A stretch of DNA of 64,000 bases from an uncultured Clostridia bacterium (GCA_947589475.1 CANQBO010000004.1:2547-66546), one strand, 5' to 3'. Positions 40,376-49,540 are shown, numbered from the stretch's first letter. The notes: generated by a model not told the origin, from the sequence alone. Translations and numbers: made by a program.

Positions 40376-41953
40376 ATGAAACTTGTTTATGATGTCGGCG
40401 ACAGACCGCCGATCAAGCAAAATCTGGTCTTTGCTTTGCAGCAGATCATAGCTATTATGGCAGCGACTTTGCTCGTCCCGATACTTGTCAGCAATTTCGG
40501 GCTGGACTGCGATCCTGCCGCGGCGCTTTTCGGCGCAGGTGCGGGTACGATAGTATATCTGCTTTTTACAAGGTTCAAAAGCCCCGTATTTCTCGGTAGC
40601 TCATTTACGTTTGTAGGCGCTTTGCAGGCGGTCGCGGCACAAAATTACGGATATTGGGGACTCATCATCGGCGTTCTTTTCGCGGCGCTCGTATATGTTA
40701 TCATAGGCGTTATCATTAAATATGTCGGATCGAAGTGGATAAATAAATTGCTTCCTCCCATCATAATCGGACCTATTCTCGCGATCATCGGTCTTTCTCT
40801 CTCGGGCACAGCGGGAAGCTGGTCGACGGGGAACGGCGGCGAAGCTTACAATCTCGTAGCGGTCATTGTGGCGCTGTTCACATTCTTTATGATCGTCTTT
40901 GCCTCCGTAAAAGGAAAGAAAAACATGAAACTCATCCCCTTCATCGTCGGCATAGGCGCGGGTTTGGCTCTTGCGCTTGTGCTCACCGGATTCGGATATA
41001 TCAACGATTCGGCGGCGGCGCTCAAATTCAGACTTGTGGACTTCACTCCCATCGTGAATTGCTTCAAGCCCATTCGCGTTCAAAGCTTCTTAGATTATCC
41101 TAAATTCACGTTCCTCAAGGCTATTATGGACGACACGCCTCGCGCTCTCAACGGCGCCGCGGTCGGCAATCTTGCGCTCCTCTTCATGCCTATTGCGATC
41201 GTGGAGCTTGCTCAGCACATTTCGGATCACAAAAACATTTCAAACATCATCGGCAAAGACGTGCTTGAAAATCCCGGTCTCCACAACACGCTGTTCGGTG
41301 ACGGCGTAGGTTCTGCGGTCGGCGCATTCTTCGGAGGTTGCGCAAACACGACGTATGGCGAGTCCATAGGTTGCGTAGCGCTCACGGGCAACGCTTCTAC
41401 ATCGACGATTTTGATCGCGTCAATAGGTTGCTTGATCATATCGTTCTTCTCACCTTTTGTAGCGCTTATCAACATGGTCCCCAAATGCGTCATAGGCGGC
41501 GCGTGCATCGCTCTGTACGGTTTCATTTCCGTCAGCGGTCTCAACATGTTGCGCGGCGTCGATCTCAACGACCATAGAAATCTTTATCCCGTCGCGGCGA
41601 TCCTCGTCATTGGCGTTGGCGGAATAACCCTCGATTTCGGTTATAACGCAATGGCAAACGGCGGTAAGGGCGGCGCGGCATTCCAACTTACATCTTTGGC
41701 GGTAGCGCTCATAGTAGGCGTGCTCATCAACCTCTTTACTCATAGCGGCAAATCCGGCAAAGCGGAAGAGGAGTCGGCAGACGGCGCGGAATGCGAGACC
41801 GACGCAAAGGATGGACAGACGGTGTTTGAGGAAGCGGCGGCGGACGATACGACCGAGCCGACTCAAGACGACGCTTGTGACAACGAGTCCGAGAGCAGCG
41901 ATCCGCAAGAGGACGTTTCGGCAGATAAGCCCGCAACGGACAATAAGGAATAG
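40376..41953 (+). CDS. uraA: Uracil permease (NCS2/NAT family)
   Basis: FALQQ, PVFLGSSF, NTTYGESIG signature; acidic C-terminal tail. Confidence 0.9.
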   Translation: MKLVYDVGDRPPIKQNLVFALQQIIAIMAATLLVPILVSNFGLDCDPAAALFGAGAGTIVYLLFTRFKSPVFLGSSFTFVGALQAVAAQNYGYWGLIIGVLFAALVYVIIGVIIKYVGSKWINKLLPPIIIGPILAIIGLSLSGTAGSWSTGNGGEAYNLVAVIVALFTFFMIVFASVKGKKNMKLIPFIVGIGAGLALALVLTGFGYINDSAAALKFRLVDFTPIVNCFKPIRVQSFLDYPKFTFLKAIMDDTPRALNGAAVGNLALLFMPIAIVELAQHISDHKNISNIIGKDVLENPGLHNTLFGDGVGSAVGAFFGGCANTTYGESIGCVALTGNASTSTILIASIGCLIISFFSPFVALINMVPKCVIGGACIALYGFISVSGLNMLRGVDLNDHRNLYPVAAILVIGVGGITLDFGYNAMANGGKGGAAFQLTSLAVALIVGVLINLFTHSGKSGKAEEESADGAECETDAKDGQTVFEEAAADDTTEPTQDDACDNESESSDPQEDVSADKPATDNKE

Positions 41954-42010
41954 AACATTTATGAAGATGTGGTCCATAGATTTTTGGGCCACATCTATTT
42001 AATTTTGGAT

Positions 42011-42652
42011 ATGGAAGATTTTTTGAAAAATGTAACGATATTGCATCATCCGCTCATAGCGCACAAGATCACGCATCTTTGCGATATAAACACGCCCACA
42101 AAAGAATTCAGAGAGATCGTAAGCGAATTGAGCATGCTTATGGGATATGAAGCGTACAGGGATCTCAATACTAAACTTATTGAGATACAAGCGCCGCTTT
42201 CCAAATTCATGTCACCGGTTATAGACGAAAAGATAGCCATCGTCCCCATACTTCGCGCGGGTTTAGGTATGGTCGACGGATTGACCGCTCTTTTCCCGAA
42301 CGCGCAGATAGGGCATATCGGACTGTATCGCGATGAAGAGACTCTCGAGCCGTGCGAGTACTATTGCAAACTTCCGCTCGATTGCGTCGACGGGCAATGT
42401 ATAGTCGTTGACCCCGCGCTTGCTACGGGTGGTTCGGCGGCCGCGGCTGTGCAGATGATCAAAAACCGTGGATTTAAAAACATCAAGCTTATGTGCCTTA
42501 TTGCGGCGCCCGAGGGCATAAAAAAAGTGGTCTCTCAACATCCCGATATAAAAATTTATGTCGCGCATTACGCTGACGCGCCCCTGAATGAAAAAGGCTA
42601 TATTTTGACGGCATTCGGCGACGCCGGCGACCGTATTTTCGGAACTAAATAA
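42011..42652 (+). CDS. upp: Uracil phosphoribosyltransferase, divergent paralog
   Basis: HPLI.HK, PILRAGLGM, GHIGLYRDE, DPALATGGS, GDAGDRIFGTK; substitutions in the uracil pocket. Confidence 0.85.
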   Translation: MEDFLKNVTILHHPLIAHKITHLCDINTPTKEFREIVSELSMLMGYEAYRDLNTKLIEIQAPLSKFMSPVIDEKIAIVPILRAGLGMVDGLTALFPNAQIGHIGLYRDEETLEPCEYYCKLPLDCVDGQCIVVDPALATGGSAAAAVQMIKNRGFKNIKLMCLIAAPEGIKKVVSQHPDIKIYVAHYADAPLNEKGYILTAFGDAGDRIFGTK

Positions 42653-42663
42653 GAGGTGAAATT

Positions 42664-43302
42664 ATGCAAAAATATGAAAACGTAACGATTTTCGATCATC
42701 CGCTCATAAGACACAAGGTCGCCATCCTGCGCGACAAAAATACGGGCATGAAGGAGTTTCGCGAGCTTGTCGAGGAAATTACCACGCTCATGGTTTTCGA
42801 GGCGTTTAAGGACGTGCCCACAAAGACAGTTATGGTGGAAACTCCGCTTGAGACGACAGAGCAGACTATGGTCGCGGACAATGCCGTCACCATAGTTCCC
42901 ATTCTGCGCGCGGGCTTAGGCATGGTCAACGGCGTGCATACGCTGTTCCCGACGGCACGCGTAGGGCATATCGGCCTCTATCGCGACGAGGAAACGCTGG
43001 AGCCGCACGAATACTATTGCAAACTTCCCGACGGCATTGAAAACAGCGTCGTCATCCTGCTCGATCCCATGCTCGCAACGGGCGGCAGCGCGGTAGGAGC
43101 GATAGACCTTCTAAAGAAGCGCGGATGCAAAAACATCCGCCTCATGAACATCATAGGCGTGCCGCAGGGCGTCGAGACCGTGCATAAGGCGCACCCCGAC
43201 GTCAAGATCTACGTGTCCACCCTCGACCGTCAACTCAACGACGTCGGCTACATCCTCCCGGGACTCGGCGACGCCGGCGATCGTCTCTTCGGCACGAAGT
43301 AA
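42664..43302 (+). CDS. upp: Uracil phosphoribosyltransferase, canonical
   Basis: DPMLATGGS, GYILPGLGDAGDRLFGTK. Confidence 0.97.
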   Translation: MQKYENVTIFDHPLIRHKVAILRDKNTGMKEFRELVEEITTLMVFEAFKDVPTKTVMVETPLETTEQTMVADNAVTIVPILRAGLGMVNGVHTLFPTARVGHIGLYRDEETLEPHEYYCKLPDGIENSVVILLDPMLATGGSAVGAIDLLKKRGCKNIRLMNIIGVPQGVETVHKAHPDVKIYVSTLDRQLNDVGYILPGLGDAGDRLFGTK

Positions 43303-43313
43303 TATCGGTTATT

Positions 43314-43460
43314 ATACGTGTGGCTACTCGCCCCACACCCTCGGCAAGGGGTTTCACCCCCTGCACCCAAAGCTAAAAACGCGCAAACTCAAGCTCTTGC
43401 ATCGCTTGGTTTGCGCGTTTTTGATTGATTGTAAACGTCAAAACTCCTGCGTGAGACCTT
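43314..43460 (+). repeat. Composite 3' element copy 2 after upp (includes terminator)
   Basis: Collinear with 12891-13030; stem GCGCAAACTCAAG/CTTGGTTTGCGC then GTTTTT. Confidence 0.8.
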
Positions 43461-43477
43461 GACATAAACGTTAGCAT

Positions 43478-43870
43478 TGTCCGAGGGCTATTTATTTTAC
43501 CTGTCATTTCGAGCGTAGTCGAGAAATCCCCTTGTCCGAGCGTCCCCATACCCGCCGTTCGCCTTGTCCAAGCTTTAACATTCCCTCTGTCCGAGCGTAC
43601 CTGTTCACGGACGTTTGCCGTGTTCGAGCTTGAACGCAAACCATGTCTGAGTTCTGCTATACTCGCCGTCTGCCGTGTTCGAGCTTTAACATTCACTTAG
43701 TCAGAGCGTTCTTATACATAGACGGACGTTTTGCCCGAGCAATTAACGCACCCTCTGTCCGAGCGTCCTTATACCGCCGTCCGCCATGTCTGAGCGTCCC
43801 TATACATGCCGTCTGCTGCGTCCAAGCCGAAACATCCTTTGTCCATGCGCATTTATACTCCGACGGCAGT
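43478..43870 (+). repeat. Degenerate tandem array of TGTCCGAGC-headed units
   Basis: About 13 units, mostly alternating about 32 bp and about 23 bp; one TGTCATTTCGAGCGTAGTCGAGAAATC REP at 43502-43528. Confidence 0.8.
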
Positions 43871-43898
43871 TGCGTTTGGAGGAGGAGTGTGCTATAAT
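43870..43898 (+). promoter_or_regulatory. Sigma70 promoter of TPR-DUF4037 pair
   Basis: TTGCGT-17 bp-TATAAT with extended -10 TG. Confidence 0.6.
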
Positions 43899-43935
43899 TT
43901 TTGAGGTCGCGATATGGCGCGATCTGTGAGGGCGT

Positions 43936-44742
43936 ATGAAAAATCAAAATACATGTACAAGTTGTTCAAAGGAGCCGCAGGGGTATGTGCCCGTCGCGAG
44001 GGTGATAGAGCGGCTTGACGAGCTTGCCGCGCGGAATGACAGCGCGGGGCTGGAGCGCGTGCTCGACTATTGGGAGAAGGAGGCGAAGGCGCTCGGCGAC
44101 GACCGCGGTTTGCTTGTAATTCTCAGCGAGGAAGTGGGGCACTACCGTCGCGAGGGCGACGAGAAGAAGGGACTGTCCGCGTGCGAGCAAGCGCTTGCGC
44201 TTTTAGCCGTCGAGGAGGAGATCACCGTCGCGGACGCCACGGTATATTTGAACATTGCGACGACTATGAAAGCATTCGGAAGGGCGGAGGAAGCCCTCAA
44301 ATATTATGACGTCGCGCGAGAGGTGTACGAGAGAGAACTTGACGAGGGCGACTATCGTCTGGCGGGATACCACAACAACTATGCGACCGCGCTTGCGGAC
44401 CTCGGCAGATTTGACGAGGCTAGGGCGCATTATATGAAGGCGCTCGACATTCTGAAGGCGCAGGGAAACGTCAACGAAGCGGCTATAACATACGTCAATC
44501 TTGCTAAGCTGGCGGACGACGAGAGAGAGGCGCTCGGCGATGAGGACGACGGCAGGGCGGACGAGTATATCGAGCTTGCTTATGCCACCCTCATGAGCGA
44601 TGACGCAGAGCAGAACGGACCCTATGCGAGCGTGTGTATGAAGGTCGCGGACGCTTGCGGCTATCACGGATATTTCCTTTACAAAAATGAACTTGAGGAG
44701 CGCGCGAAGGCGATATATCGCGCAAACGGCGGCGAGGCGTAA
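43936..44742 (+). CDS. Tetratricopeptide repeat protein
   Basis: TPR helices ATVYLNIAT..GRAEEALKYY, AGYHNNYA..LGRFDEA..Y.KAL. Confidence 0.85.
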   Translation: MKNQNTCTSCSKEPQGYVPVARVIERLDELAARNDSAGLERVLDYWEKEAKALGDDRGLLVILSEEVGHYRREGDEKKGLSACEQALALLAVEEEITVADATVYLNIATTMKAFGRAEEALKYYDVAREVYERELDEGDYRLAGYHNNYATALADLGRFDEARAHYMKALDILKAQGNVNEAAITYVNLAKLADDEREALGDEDDGRADEYIELAYATLMSDDAEQNGPYASVCMKVADACGYHGYFLYKNELEERAKAIYRANGGEA

Positions 44743-44835
44743 GTAACCTTGTCGCGACAAGCAAAAAATTGCGGAAATCACGTAAATCATGGTTTATATG
44801 CGCAATATGTCATAATAAACCGCATGTTTTGAGAT

Positions 44836-45771
44836 ATGAAAGGACTTGAAGAAGCAAGAAAATTTTACAATGAAGCCGTCTCGGAAATGATAGACAGAGA
44901 GTTTTTGCCGTATGCAAAGCGCATCGCGGTGGGGCTTTGCGGGCATGGGTCGGAGTGCTTCGGCTTTGATGACGACATCTCGCGCGATCACGATTTCGAG
45001 ACGGGAGTGTGCCTCTTTCTCACGCGCGAGGACGAGGCGAAGATAGGCTATCGTCTCACGCGCGCATACGACCGCGTAAAGTCCGATTATAGGGGAACGC
45101 AACTTGCGCACACGAGCGTTATGGGCGCAAATTCGCAGGGAGTACAGGTCATCGGCGACTTCTACCGTCGCTATACGGGGAGCGAGGGCGCGCCCGTCAC
45201 GCTGAGGGATTGGCTGTTCACCGAGAGCGAGTACCTTGCGGAGGCGACAAACGGCGAAATATTCCGCGACGACCTCGGCGAATTCGGCAGGATAAGAAAT
45301 GACATCTTGCACGGCATGCCCGAGGATGTCCGCCTCAAAAAGCTCGCCGCTATGCTCGTACGCATGGCGCAGACGGGACAGTACAATTATCCGCGCTGTC
45401 TTTCTCACGGCGAGGAGGGGGCGGCGATGCTCGCGCTCACGGAGTTTGTGAAGTGCGCCGCGCAGACGATATTTTTGTTGAATCGCAAGCATTGTCCATA
45501 TTTCAAGTGGACGTTCCGCGCGCTTCGCGAGCTGCCCGTGATGTCCGACCTAGCGGATCCGCTCGAGTTTTTGCTCACCGCGGACAACGACAAGCAGGGG
45601 AGCAAGGTCAAGACGGAGATAATAGAGGACATCGCCCACGCCATCATAAAGGAGCTGGGCGTGCAAAACCTCGCGCACCTCGAGGGCAACTATCTTGAAC
45701 CGTTCGGCTTCGCGCTGCAAAAGCAGATCAAAAATGCGGAACTGAGAAATATGCACATTTTAGTCGGATAA
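44836..45771 (+). CDS. DUF4037 domain protein (nucleotidyltransferase-like)
   Basis: VGL.G.GSECFGFDD.ISRDHDF, ATNGEIFRD, AQTGQYNY.R, PYFKW. Confidence 0.85.
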   Translation: MKGLEEARKFYNEAVSEMIDREFLPYAKRIAVGLCGHGSECFGFDDDISRDHDFETGVCLFLTREDEAKIGYRLTRAYDRVKSDYRGTQLAHTSVMGANSQGVQVIGDFYRRYTGSEGAPVTLRDWLFTESEYLAEATNGEIFRDDLGEFGRIRNDILHGMPEDVRLKKLAAMLVRMAQTGQYNYPRCLSHGEEGAAMLALTEFVKCAAQTIFLLNRKHCPYFKWTFRALRELPVMSDLADPLEFLLTADNDKQGSKVKTEIIEDIAHAIIKELGVQNLAHLEGNYLEPFGFALQKQIKNAELRNMHILVG

Positions 45772-45787
45772 AATTTAAAAAAAGTGC

Positions 45788-45964
45788 GGATATCGCGAGC
45801 AGCCGAGCGTAAAGCAATTTTCAGACGCGGCGCGCGAGTTGGGACTGTCGGAGCGCACTTTGCATACGAGCGGGCATGCCTCCGCACAGGACATCGAAAA
45901 GTTGAAACAGCATGTGCACGCGGACGAGACCGTAATAGTGCACACTTCCGCCGAGCAAAAGTGA
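45788..45964 (+). pseudogene. C-terminal remnant of an MBL-fold beta-CASP (RNase J-like) hydrolase
   Basis: Frame not in the ORF track reads GYREQPSVKQFSDAARELGLSERTLHTSGHASAQDIEKLKQHVHADETVIVHTSAEQK-stop; no start codon, in-frame TAA at 45776. Confidence 0.75.
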
Positions 45965-45971
45965 CAAAATA

Positions 45972-45996
45972 GTCCGCCCGATTTGGGCGGACGTTT
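45972..45996 (+). terminator. Intrinsic terminator
   Basis: GTCCGCCC-GATTT-GGGCGGAC-GTTT. Confidence 0.6.
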
Positions 45997-46092
45997 GATG
46001 TCGCAGAGAAAAGAATTACGATTTGGTCATTCAGTTACGATCTGCCCATTTTGCATGCATTGTTTCGTGCGGCAATATGTCGAGGGATTTTC

Positions 46093-46225
46093 CTTTTCAA
46101 AGGCTCACGCTTTGACATTGAAAGCAAATTATTTTAATGTTTTAAGTTGCGCTTTTGCGCGTTTCACGGCGGCGCGCATTTTGAAATTTGTGTAGGCGCC
46201 GTTGGCAAAGTCGGCAATTTATCTT
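46093..46225 (+). repeat. Direct repeat copy A flanking lipoprotein gene
   Basis: Core 46126-46180 matches 49443-49497 at 51 of 55 nt, with weaker similarity on both sides. Confidence 0.85.
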
Positions 46226-46470
46226 GCTAAACAGTGGACGAAATAAATGTTCATTGCGCGCTTTTTTCTCGTAAAATCAGTATAAATTTCGTCAAAATAC
46301 CGCGAAATACCGCGAAATCATACAAAATGTTCGATTTATTAAAATTTCACAAAATCATACAAAGTGTTTGACAACTCGCCTCAATAGGTGTATTACGTAG
46401 TGCGGGTACAACAGGCGGCTCAAAAAAAAAAGCAGCTGAGAAAATCAACTTATACCCGAAGGAGGACACT

Positions 46471-49320
46471 ATGAAGAAAAGGCAACTTGCACTTATGCTG
46501 GTTTTGGTCGGATGCGTTCTTTCGCTGACGTTAGGGCTTACTGCGTGTGCGAAAACCGAACAACCCTCCGAAGAAGAACCGGACACTACGACGCCGTTCG
46601 CGGCGCTTGAAAGCGCGTTTGATAATGCGCTCGATGAAGAAGGCGATCTTTATTTGCCCGTTTCGATCGGGTTCGAAGCATTCGGAGCGACCGAGCCTTT
46701 AAAAGGCGAGTTTAGTCTGCATCTCAACAAAGAGGCGTCCGAAGCAGGCGAGTATGCTGACGCTTTCAAACTTAGATTTGACGTGGATATTTCCGAGTTT
46801 CCGCTCATTTCGGACATCGCCGACACACTGACTCTGCGCTATCCGGGCGACGGACTGTTGCTCGTTATGCTTTGCAGCCATTCTAACGGCAAAGAAGTAG
46901 ATCTTGTGACGTACCCTGTCGACCTCGGCTCCGCACTAAAAATTCTTCAAAGCGTCAATTTTGACGATTCCGAACAACTTTACGACATTCTCGAGGGGTT
47001 GATCACTGTCAACAAGGACGCAGACGGGTTTACGGCGTCTCTGAACAGCGCCACCGTCAAATTGATGAATTCCGCCTACAAAGGAATTCTTTCAAAACTA
47101 GAGACCACCATTTCGGACGATCGCGGTATGGTACGTTCGCTGTTTGAGGCGACGTTTACGGGCGTTTCCGTCAAACTCACGGGCGTCGACATGATCTCCG
47201 CGATCGACGTTGCAATCGAAGGCGAGCCTCCCGTCAACGTCACCAAGGGAGAAAAATTCGACGTGAGTTTCGACATCGGCTTGCTCTCATCCTCGGGTAT
47301 GCTCACAGGAGCGTTTGAGGGAGATATGCAACTGCGTCTTACCCCTGCCGCAATTTGGTCAAAGGACTATTTTGCGATCGCCGAGGCGGGGCTTCATCTC
47401 GACCTTACGCCCGCAGGTACAATATTGGGAATGGTTTCGAGGCTTGCGCCGGCAGGGAGCTTGCCCGAATTTGTCAACCCCACACTCAGCAGTCTGGACG
47501 TCTACTATACGGGCGACGGCGTGTTGACGCTTGCTCTCAACAATACGGCAGAAGATCCCGTCACGGCAGAAGATCCCGTCACGGCAGAAGATCCCGTCAC
47601 GGCAGAATATCCCGTCTTTGTCACGCAGGTAGATCTTAAGACGGTACAAATGCCAGAACTGCCCGAAGATGTGACATCTTCACTGCTCGCCGAGTTCAGA
47701 TTCGAAAAGCAGGCGAAAGGGTATCTCTTCGCACTGGGCGACCCCATTGTACATACTGTAGACGAAGCGTATCAAGGGCTTGTCACAAAGGCAAAAGACT
47801 ACATCACGCAATCCGCAGGCACTTTTGGAGCGATCGCGGGCGCACTAATCGAAAAGATGATTGGCGCAACGATCGATGACATCGAATTCTTCATCGGCAC
47901 CGACGAAGAGGACAATTTGACGCTTGACTTTGCGGTGAAGGGCGTGCCCGTTTTCGACGCGGAGGACGATTATTATCAAAGGCGGCTTCTCTCTCTCACG
48001 CTCACCCACGGCGGGGAACTCACCGAAGAGGAAAGTAAGGCGCTTCTTGCGGGCAAGGATGAGGTCGCTCAACTTATGAAAAACGCGGAGACGGCGGCGG
48101 GATATACGGATAGAATACAAGACCTCGTCGACAATATGGACCTCACCGAGAGCGGTAAGGACGCATATCTCCAAAAGGTAAAAGAATTGATCAAAGAAAT
48201 AAACGGTCTGCCCGCAAACGTACGCAGTTTGATTTCGAATACATCATATTTGGCGGATACGAATTACAACGACGATACGCTTGCAAAGCTTCTCGTCATG
48301 CATGAGCTGTACTCTGCGCGGGCAAAGGCATTTGAAGATCTGCTTCCCGCGGAGGACAACTACGAAGGTTTCGAGGGGTGGGACGCGCTCAACGCGCTTT
48401 ACGACAGCGAGGACACGACTCATCGAAATGATTTGGGTATCACCGTCCCCGCCATCAAGGACAGCCCTGCCATACAGAAGGCGGTCGGCGAAGATCGCGT
48501 CAAAGCATTTGTTGAGGCAAGAGACAAATATGAAACCACTATAGTACAAAGCTTGAGAGAACGCATAACTAAGAACACGGAGAAATATAAAGACGTGACC
48601 GCGGACGTGACCGCGGACGCGACCGCGCGCGATGAACTGCTCGCTCTGCTTCAAGATTATTTGGAGGTCAAGCCCATATATGAGGCGCTCTCGGAAGAGA
48701 AGAGAAAGGAGCTCTCGGAAGAGTACAACGCTTATATGGCGCTTGCCTACACCAAAAATTTCGATGGTTTGAAGCAAGCGTATGAGGCTGTCAAAACCAA
48801 GATGCAAGCTCTGACGCAAGATGTCGACGCCACTGTAGATAATCTGTTGAAAATCATGAAAGAGCTTGTTCCGGTGTACGAGTGGAAATCCGGCATGGAC
48901 CTTTGGCAAAAAAGGGATGGCGAAAAAAAACCTTGGTTAAATTGGCTGAACAATGTCCCTTCTCAATATAACGAACGATCGTGGGAAATAAGCGGGTTGG
49001 ATTCCGAAGTCCATAAAGGGAAAGATAATATTGCAAATGCACTTGTCGACGCCTTAAAGGATAAGATAGCGACGGCGCTGAAGGCTTTGAATGACGAGCG
49101 TCAAACCTATGTAAAAGGCGATGGCTACGACTTTACAGTTTTGTCGGACGGCGAGACACTGCTTGAAAAGCTTCACGAATGGCGTTATTTCATCGACAGA
49201 GTTCTTCCGAATGCGGTAAAGAGTGAATTCCGCAACGATCAAGACCTTAATGATATTGTAGGCGGCATCGCGGCATATGAAAACGCGCTTTCCGCATATC
49301 TCGCCTCTCAAGGCGAATAA
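46471..49320 (+). CDS. Large hypothetical lipoprotein
   Basis: AGGAGG RBS, signal peptide with lipobox LTAC, beta-rich N half and helical C half; promoter TTGACA-17-TATTAC at 46368-46396. Confidence 0.85.
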   Translation: MKKRQLALMLVLVGCVLSLTLGLTACAKTEQPSEEEPDTTTPFAALESAFDNALDEEGDLYLPVSIGFEAFGATEPLKGEFSLHLNKEASEAGEYADAFKLRFDVDISEFPLISDIADTLTLRYPGDGLLLVMLCSHSNGKEVDLVTYPVDLGSALKILQSVNFDDSEQLYDILEGLITVNKDADGFTASLNSATVKLMNSAYKGILSKLETTISDDRGMVRSLFEATFTGVSVKLTGVDMISAIDVAIEGEPPVNVTKGEKFDVSFDIGLLSSSGMLTGAFEGDMQLRLTPAAIWSKDYFAIAEAGLHLDLTPAGTILGMVSRLAPAGSLPEFVNPTLSSLDVYYTGDGVLTLALNNTAEDPVTAEDPVTAEDPVTAEYPVFVTQVDLKTVQMPELPEDVTSSLLAEFRFEKQAKGYLFALGDPIVHTVDEAYQGLVTKAKDYITQSAGTFGAIAGALIEKMIGATIDDIEFFIGTDEEDNLTLDFAVKGVPVFDAEDDYYQRRLLSLTLTHGGELTEEESKALLAGKDEVAQLMKNAETAAGYTDRIQDLVDNMDLTESGKDAYLQKVKELIKEINGLPANVRSLISNTSYLADTNYNDDTLAKLLVMHELYSARAKAFEDLLPAEDNYEGFEGWDALNALYDSEDTTHRNDLGITVPAIKDSPAIQKAVGEDRVKAFVEARDKYETTIVQSLRERITKNTEKYKDVTADVTADATARDELLALLQDYLEVKPIYEALSEEKRKELSEEYNAYMALAYTKNFDGLKQAYEAVKTKMQALTQDVDATVDNLLKIMKELVPVYEWKSGMDLWQKRDGEKKPWLNWLNNVPSQYNERSWEISGLDSEVHKGKDNIANALVDALKDKIATALKALNDERQTYVKGDGYDFTVLSDGETLLEKLHEWRYFIDRVLPNAVKSEFRNDQDLNDIVGGIAAYENALSAYLASQGE
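47545..47616 (+). repeat. In-frame 18-bp tandem repeat x4 (TAEDPV)
   Basis: ACGGCAGAAGATCCCGTC x3 plus ACGGCAGAATATCCCGTC. Confidence 0.95.
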
Positions 49321-49350
49321 GAAATGAAAAAACCGTCCATTTCAAATCGA

Positions 49351-49381
49351 AGGGGGACCCCCGAAAGGGGGTCCCCCCTTT
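49351..49381 (+). terminator. Strong hairpin after lipoprotein gene
   Basis: GGGGACCCCC-GAAA-GGGGGTCCCC followed by CTTT. Confidence 0.7.
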
Positions 49382-49404
49382 GCGGTTTGCAAGGGCGCAT
49401 ATCA

Positions 49405-49540
49405 TTTTTCAAAAAGCTCGCGCTTTTGACTCTTTGGAAGCGAAATTATTTTAATGTTTTGAGTTGCGCCTTTGCGCGTTTTACGGCGGCGCACATTATA
49501 AAGCCCGTGTGTCTGCCTTTGCGAAGCTAGCAATTGATTT
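49405..49540 (+). repeat. Direct repeat copy B flanking lipoprotein gene
   Basis: Matches 46093-46225. Confidence 0.85.

Noticed and set aside
43478-43870. CRISPR array
   Set aside because: The conserved part is only about 9 bp and degenerate, the intervening parts resemble each other rather than being unique spacers, and no cas genes are present.
45983-49530. Twin small ORFs sharing NYFNVLSCAFARFTAA
   Set aside because: Similarity is limited to the DNA direct repeat, with unrelated starts; reported as a repeat instead.
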